A DNA stretch of 10,381 nucleotides, taken from Candidatus Muiribacteriota bacterium. Lineage in GTDB: Bacteria > Muiribacteriota > Muiribacteriia > Muiribacteriales > Muiribacteriaceae. Each line of letters begins with the position of its first letter. Within the stretch, counting starts at the first letter, position 1. The notes under the pieces were generated by a model. The model saw only the letters and a list, made by a program, of their open reading frames with translations, had not been told where the DNA came from and made no database searches. The DNA is taken from assembly GCA_051747805.1 (NCBI GenBank), contig JBNJGP010000085.1:1-10381 (forward strand). Reading direction: 5' to 3'. Positions 7,036 to 10,381 of this stretch are shown here, piece by piece. Position numbers and translations under genes: made by a program.

Positions 7036-8523
7036 TTAAACTGATTTACAGATTTCATTAACAACTAATTCCCCTTCAAGTAACTTAGGTAATAATGAAT
7101 CTCTAACTTCAGATAAATTATTAATTTGTAATAATGATTCTGTAATTTTATGATAAATATTCTTAGAAATATTTGAATAAGCTTGTTGTACTCTTTTTTC
7201 AGGCACAATAACCGGGATAATTTTAAAATTTTTTTTACTTATCTCAGCAAAAGTTGTTCCACTTGCTCTTAGTTTAATCTCATCCATATTAAAACTTGCC
7301 CATTGAAGAACAAATTCAGGTGATAATTCTTTAAAACATTTCATTGCAATATAACCTTGGTTAATTGCTATAGGAATTTTAGTAATTGCAAGATAACCAA
7401 TGGGAGCTCTTGAAGATAAAAGAACAGTATTGGTGGGCAGCAAACCAGAACTTATTTTTTTCAAACCTGCTTCACTTATTTTTCTATCAGTATCTAGAAT
7501 GATTTTGGCATTGGAGCCTGAAAGGTCCTTTGGAGTCGCCCAATTAATAATTCCGTTCTCCCAAAAATCAGTATTTTTAGTGCTTGGTGTTCCACCACCG
7601 CATATAAAAACTTCATTACCTATTGTACTTTCTTTCCATCCATTTGGTATTAATCCTAACTTAGATTTTACAAAATTATCAGGAAAAAGATCTGCTGTTT
7701 CAGATAATTGTTTCCGCTGTTCTTCTGTCTGGGAAGCAAGTTTTTTCTCAAGGGATTGGACAATGGTTTTATCAATGGCTGAAAGATCAGATGCTTCTGT
7801 AATGCTGTTAATAGATACAGCACCAGAAATTACTGCCTGGGCAGCAGCTTCGCATTGACTTGAATTTCCTCCAAGTTTTTTAATATGGGCTTTTGCTTTT
7901 ACAGGTTCAAAATCAACAAACCAGCTTTTGAATATTGCTTGTGCTATTTCTTCGAGGTTTTGGTTGATTTTATAGTTAAGAGAAATTTTAAGATCAATGT
8001 CATTTAAAAACTTTGCTATATTTTTTCGATCTTCCTTTATTGGATAATATAATTCATAGTTAAAAATATCATTTAGTGTGATACTAGCTTGATTTGCACT
8101 ACCTTGAGCTTTTGAAATAATGTAGTTTCTGAAGTTACTATTTTTTAAGGAATAATAAAGAAATAATTGATCATCTTTACAGCTCGATTTATGCCTAAGA
8201 ATAACTGCATTCTGGTTTAATAAAGAACCATCAGACTCAGCAGGCACGCGAATTGTTTTACCAACAATTGAGGCTGGGTTATTGGGCCAAGAACCTACAG
8301 TTGCAATAACTATGTCATTTTTTTTTAGTTGTACATTTTTATTTGCTAAAGCGACTTCTTTAGAGACGAAGTATAAAGATGAGGAATCAATACTATCAGA
8401 AGAGAAGTTAGTAACTCTAACAACAGGAATACCATTTTTTTGGTAATCTTTGCTTTTAAAAGCATACCCTTTTTTATGGGTTATAATATCTCCGAGCTTA
8501 ATTTTATTAGACCTACAAGTCAT
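7036..8523 (-). CDS. hsdS: Type I R-M specificity subunit S, ~495 aa
   Basis: Two TRDs (KGYAFKS...GSANQASI; GGGTPST...SSRAPIG...INQG...GTTFAEIS), central conserved region LEEIAQAIFKSWFVDF, C-terminal RDSLLPKLLEG. The true start is probably ATG 8523, overlapping the hsdM stop by 11 nt; the track's extension to 8640 lies inside hsdM. Confidence 0.96.
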   Translation of the reverse strand: MTCRSNKIKLGDIITHKKGYAFKSKDYQKNGIPVVRVTNFSSDSIDSSSLYFVSKEVALANKNVQLKKNDIVIATVGSWPNNPASIVGKTIRVPAESDGSLLNQNAVILRHKSSCKDDQLFLYYSLKNSNFRNYIISKAQGSANQASITLNDIFNYELYYPIKEDRKNIAKFLNDIDLKISLNYKINQNLEEIAQAIFKSWFVDFEPVKAKAHIKKLGGNSSQCEAAAQAVISGAVSINSITEASDLSAIDKTIVQSLEKKLASQTEEQRKQLSETADLFPDNFVKSKLGLIPNGWKESTIGNEVFICGGGTPSTKNTDFWENGIINWATPKDLSGSNAKIILDTDRKISEAGLKKISSGLLPTNTVLLSSRAPIGYLAITKIPIAINQGYIAMKCFKELSPEFVLQWASFNMDEIKLRASGTTFAEISKKNFKIIPVIVPEKRVQQAYSNISKNIYHKITESLLQINNLSEVRDSLLPKLLEGELVVNEICKSV

Positions 8524-10198
8524 AACCCAACCCCGCCAAATTCTCTTTAATCTCCTTTTCCAGCTTTGCACTCTCCATAAATTGTTCCTTAAGCTGAGAA
8601 GTAAGCCTTGCCATCTTCTCATCAAAAGGCTCTTCATCATCCTCTTCAGGAGGGGCTCCTACATATCGGCCGGGTGTAAGAACATAATCATGCTTTTTTA
8701 ATTCATCTATATTTTCTGATTTACAAAAACCCGGCTCATCTTCATAACCTTTACCTTCTTTCCATTTATGGAAGGTCTTTGTAATTTTATTGATATCGTC
8801 TTTGGTAAAATCCCTTAATACACGGTCTTTCATGTATCCAAGGTTTCTTGCATCTATAAATAGGAATTCATTTTTTCTGTACCTGAGGCTTCTTCCAGCA
8901 TTGTCTTCTCTTTTATCTTTACTATTTGTAAGAAACCAGATGCAGGCCGGTATCTGAGTGTTTGTAAAGAGCTGGCCTGGAAGTGCAACCATGCATTCAA
9001 CAAGGTCGTTTTCTATTAAGGCTTTTCGTATTGTTCCTTCGTTATTTGTATTGGAACTCATTGAGCCGTTGGCAAGTAAAAGACCCAGGCTTCCTGTGGG
9101 GGAAAGATGGTAGAGCATGTGCTGAAGCCAGGCAAAGTTTGCATTCCCAGCCGGGGGAATTCCGTATTTCCATCTTGGATCATTTTCTTTTACGCCTGCA
9201 TTCCACTCCTTCATATTAAAAGGAGGGTTTGCCATTACATAATCTGCTCTTAAATCGGGATGCTGATCATTTGTAAATGTATTTGCAGGTTCTTTTCCAA
9301 AATTAAAATCGATTCCACGGATAACCATATTCATTGCTGCAAGCTGCCATGTTGTATAGTTGTATTCCTGACCGTAAATTGAAACATCCCCAAGCCTGCC
9401 TGAATATTTTTTTATGAATTCTTCACTTTGAACAAAAAAACCGCCTGAACCCATGGCAGGATCATAAACTCTTCCCTTGTAAGGCTCAATCATTTCGACG
9501 ATAAGTGTTACTATTGATTTGGGAGTATAAAACTGCCCACCTTTTTTCCCTTCTGCAAGTGCAAACTGACCCAGAAAATATTCATAAACATGCCCTAAAA
9601 TATCTTTTGCTCCAAGGCTTTTATGTTTGAAAGGGATTGTAGATATTAAATCTATAAGTTCGCCAAGCTTTGTCTGATCGATCTGAAGGGCTGAATATGA
9701 TTTATTAAGTATCCCTTTAAGCTTGGGGTTGTCTCTTTCAATTGCATCAAGGGCTGTATCTATAAGATTACCAACAGAGCTTACCTTTATTTTTTTACCG
9801 CCGTTACCGTCATTGACTATAAGTTCAGCACCGCCTACTGCTACTTTGTTGTTATCCTGCAAAAACTGCCATCTTGCTTCAGGAGGGACCCAGAATACAT
9901 TTTTTTCGGTGTAATAATCCCTTTCTTCAAGTTCAGTCTCTATTTCAGCATTGTATTCTTCATCAGAATCATAATCATCTGGATTAAGATAATAATCATG
10001 ATCTTTATCTTTGAACTGACTTTTCAGTTCTTCACGCCTTATATCAAAAGCATCGCTTACATATTTTACAAATAAAAGCCCAAGGACTGCATGCTTATAC
10101 TGAGCTGCATCAAGTGTCGACCTGAGCTTATCAGCTGAATTCCATAGTTTTTTATCAAGATCACTTAAAAACTTATACTCTTCTTTATCAATATTCAT
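8513..10198 (-). CDS. hsdM: Type I R-M N6-adenine methyltransferase subunit M
   Basis: N-terminal LWNSADKLR, YEYFLGQFA..EGKKGGQFYTP, SAM-binding YDPAMGSGGF and catalytic NPPF; 561 aa. Confidence 0.98.
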   Translation of the reverse strand: MNIDKEEYKFLSDLDKKLWNSADKLRSTLDAAQYKHAVLGLLFVKYVSDAFDIRREELKSQFKDKDHDYYLNPDDYDSDEEYNAEIETELEERDYYTEKNVFWVPPEARWQFLQDNNKVAVGGAELIVNDGNGGKKIKVSSVGNLIDTALDAIERDNPKLKGILNKSYSALQIDQTKLGELIDLISTIPFKHKSLGAKDILGHVYEYFLGQFALAEGKKGGQFYTPKSIVTLIVEMIEPYKGRVYDPAMGSGGFFVQSEEFIKKYSGRLGDVSIYGQEYNYTTWQLAAMNMVIRGIDFNFGKEPANTFTNDQHPDLRADYVMANPPFNMKEWNAGVKENDPRWKYGIPPAGNANFAWLQHMLYHLSPTGSLGLLLANGSMSSNTNNEGTIRKALIENDLVECMVALPGQLFTNTQIPACIWFLTNSKDKREDNAGRSLRYRKNEFLFIDARNLGYMKDRVLRDFTKDDINKITKTFHKWKEGKGYEDEPGFCKSENIDELKKHDYVLTPGRYVGAPPEEDDEEPFDEKMARLTSQLKEQFMESAKLEKEIKENLAGLGYDL

Positions 10199-10337
10199 TA
10201 TGATTTCCGATTATATTTAGTTGCAGTTTTATTTGTTAAGGAATAAAAACTGATTTTTGCAAATTTCAAAGTAAAACTAAAATTTAATTTTTAATTTCAT
10301 GCTATATTTAAGTTTAATCAAAGCTTTATTACTTATG

Positions 10338-10359
10338 AGTTTAAATTTCAATTTAAACT
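10338..10359. promoter_or_regulatory. 22-bp palindrome, candidate operator upstream of hsdM
   Basis: AGTTTAAATT-TC-AATTTAAACT has perfect 10-bp arms and a 2-nt spacer. The context is AT-rich. Confidence 0.4.
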
Positions 10360-10380
10360 TTGTTTTTTTACTGCTGTCAA
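10350..10380 (-). promoter_or_regulatory. Possible sigma70 promoter for the hsd operon
   Basis: Perfect TTGACA on the minus strand at 10375-10380. The best -10 (TAAATT, 10350-10355) has a suboptimal 19-bp spacer. Confidence 0.3.
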
Positions 10381-10381
10381 T

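Noticed and set aside
8524..8640. ORF-track N-terminal extension of hsdS
   Set aside because: It lies inside the hsdM 3' end; ATG 8523 gives the usual short hsdM/hsdS overlap.
1947..9914. Short alternative-frame or antisense ORFs (1947-2177, 3671-3892, 4556-4738, 5193-5396, 6573-6791, 7400-7858, 8450-8701, 8983-9219, 9723-9914)
   Set aside because: All lie within well-supported genes and show no recognisable motifs; they are shadow ORFs.
10210..10215. TATAAT on the minus strand 11 nt upstream of the hsdM ATG
   Set aside because: No matching -35, and it would leave almost no leader; such hexamers are common in AT-rich DNA.
1..10381. CRISPR array, tRNA/rRNA, IS element or integron attC sites
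   Set aside because: No repeat-spacer periodicity, RNA gene signature, transposase/integrase ORF or convincing attC structure was seen.

Overview
AT-rich bacterial anti-phage defence island, almost entirely on the minus strand. In transcription order it holds a type I restriction-modification operon (hsdM-hsdS-[SIR2-domain gene]-hsdR) with a SIR2/NADase-like gene between hsdS and hsdR, two membrane-protein genes (a ~4-TM protein and a zinc-ribbon/TM protein) ending at a hairpin terminator, a 46-aa plus-strand microprotein missed by the ORF track, a 131-aa putative HTH-like protein, and a prokaryotic viperin (pVip, radical SAM). The most notable unexplained structure is an identical 14-bp sequence (GACAAATGGGGACA, two half-sites 10 bp apart). 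One copy lies upstream of pVip and the other, inverted, covers the start codon of the 131-aa gene. This suggests a regulated viperin module (regulator, operators and microprotein). The SIR2 gene sits where prrC sits in EcoprrI, suggesting an RM-guarding abortive-infection effector. All functional calls come from reading motifs by eye; no database searches were run.
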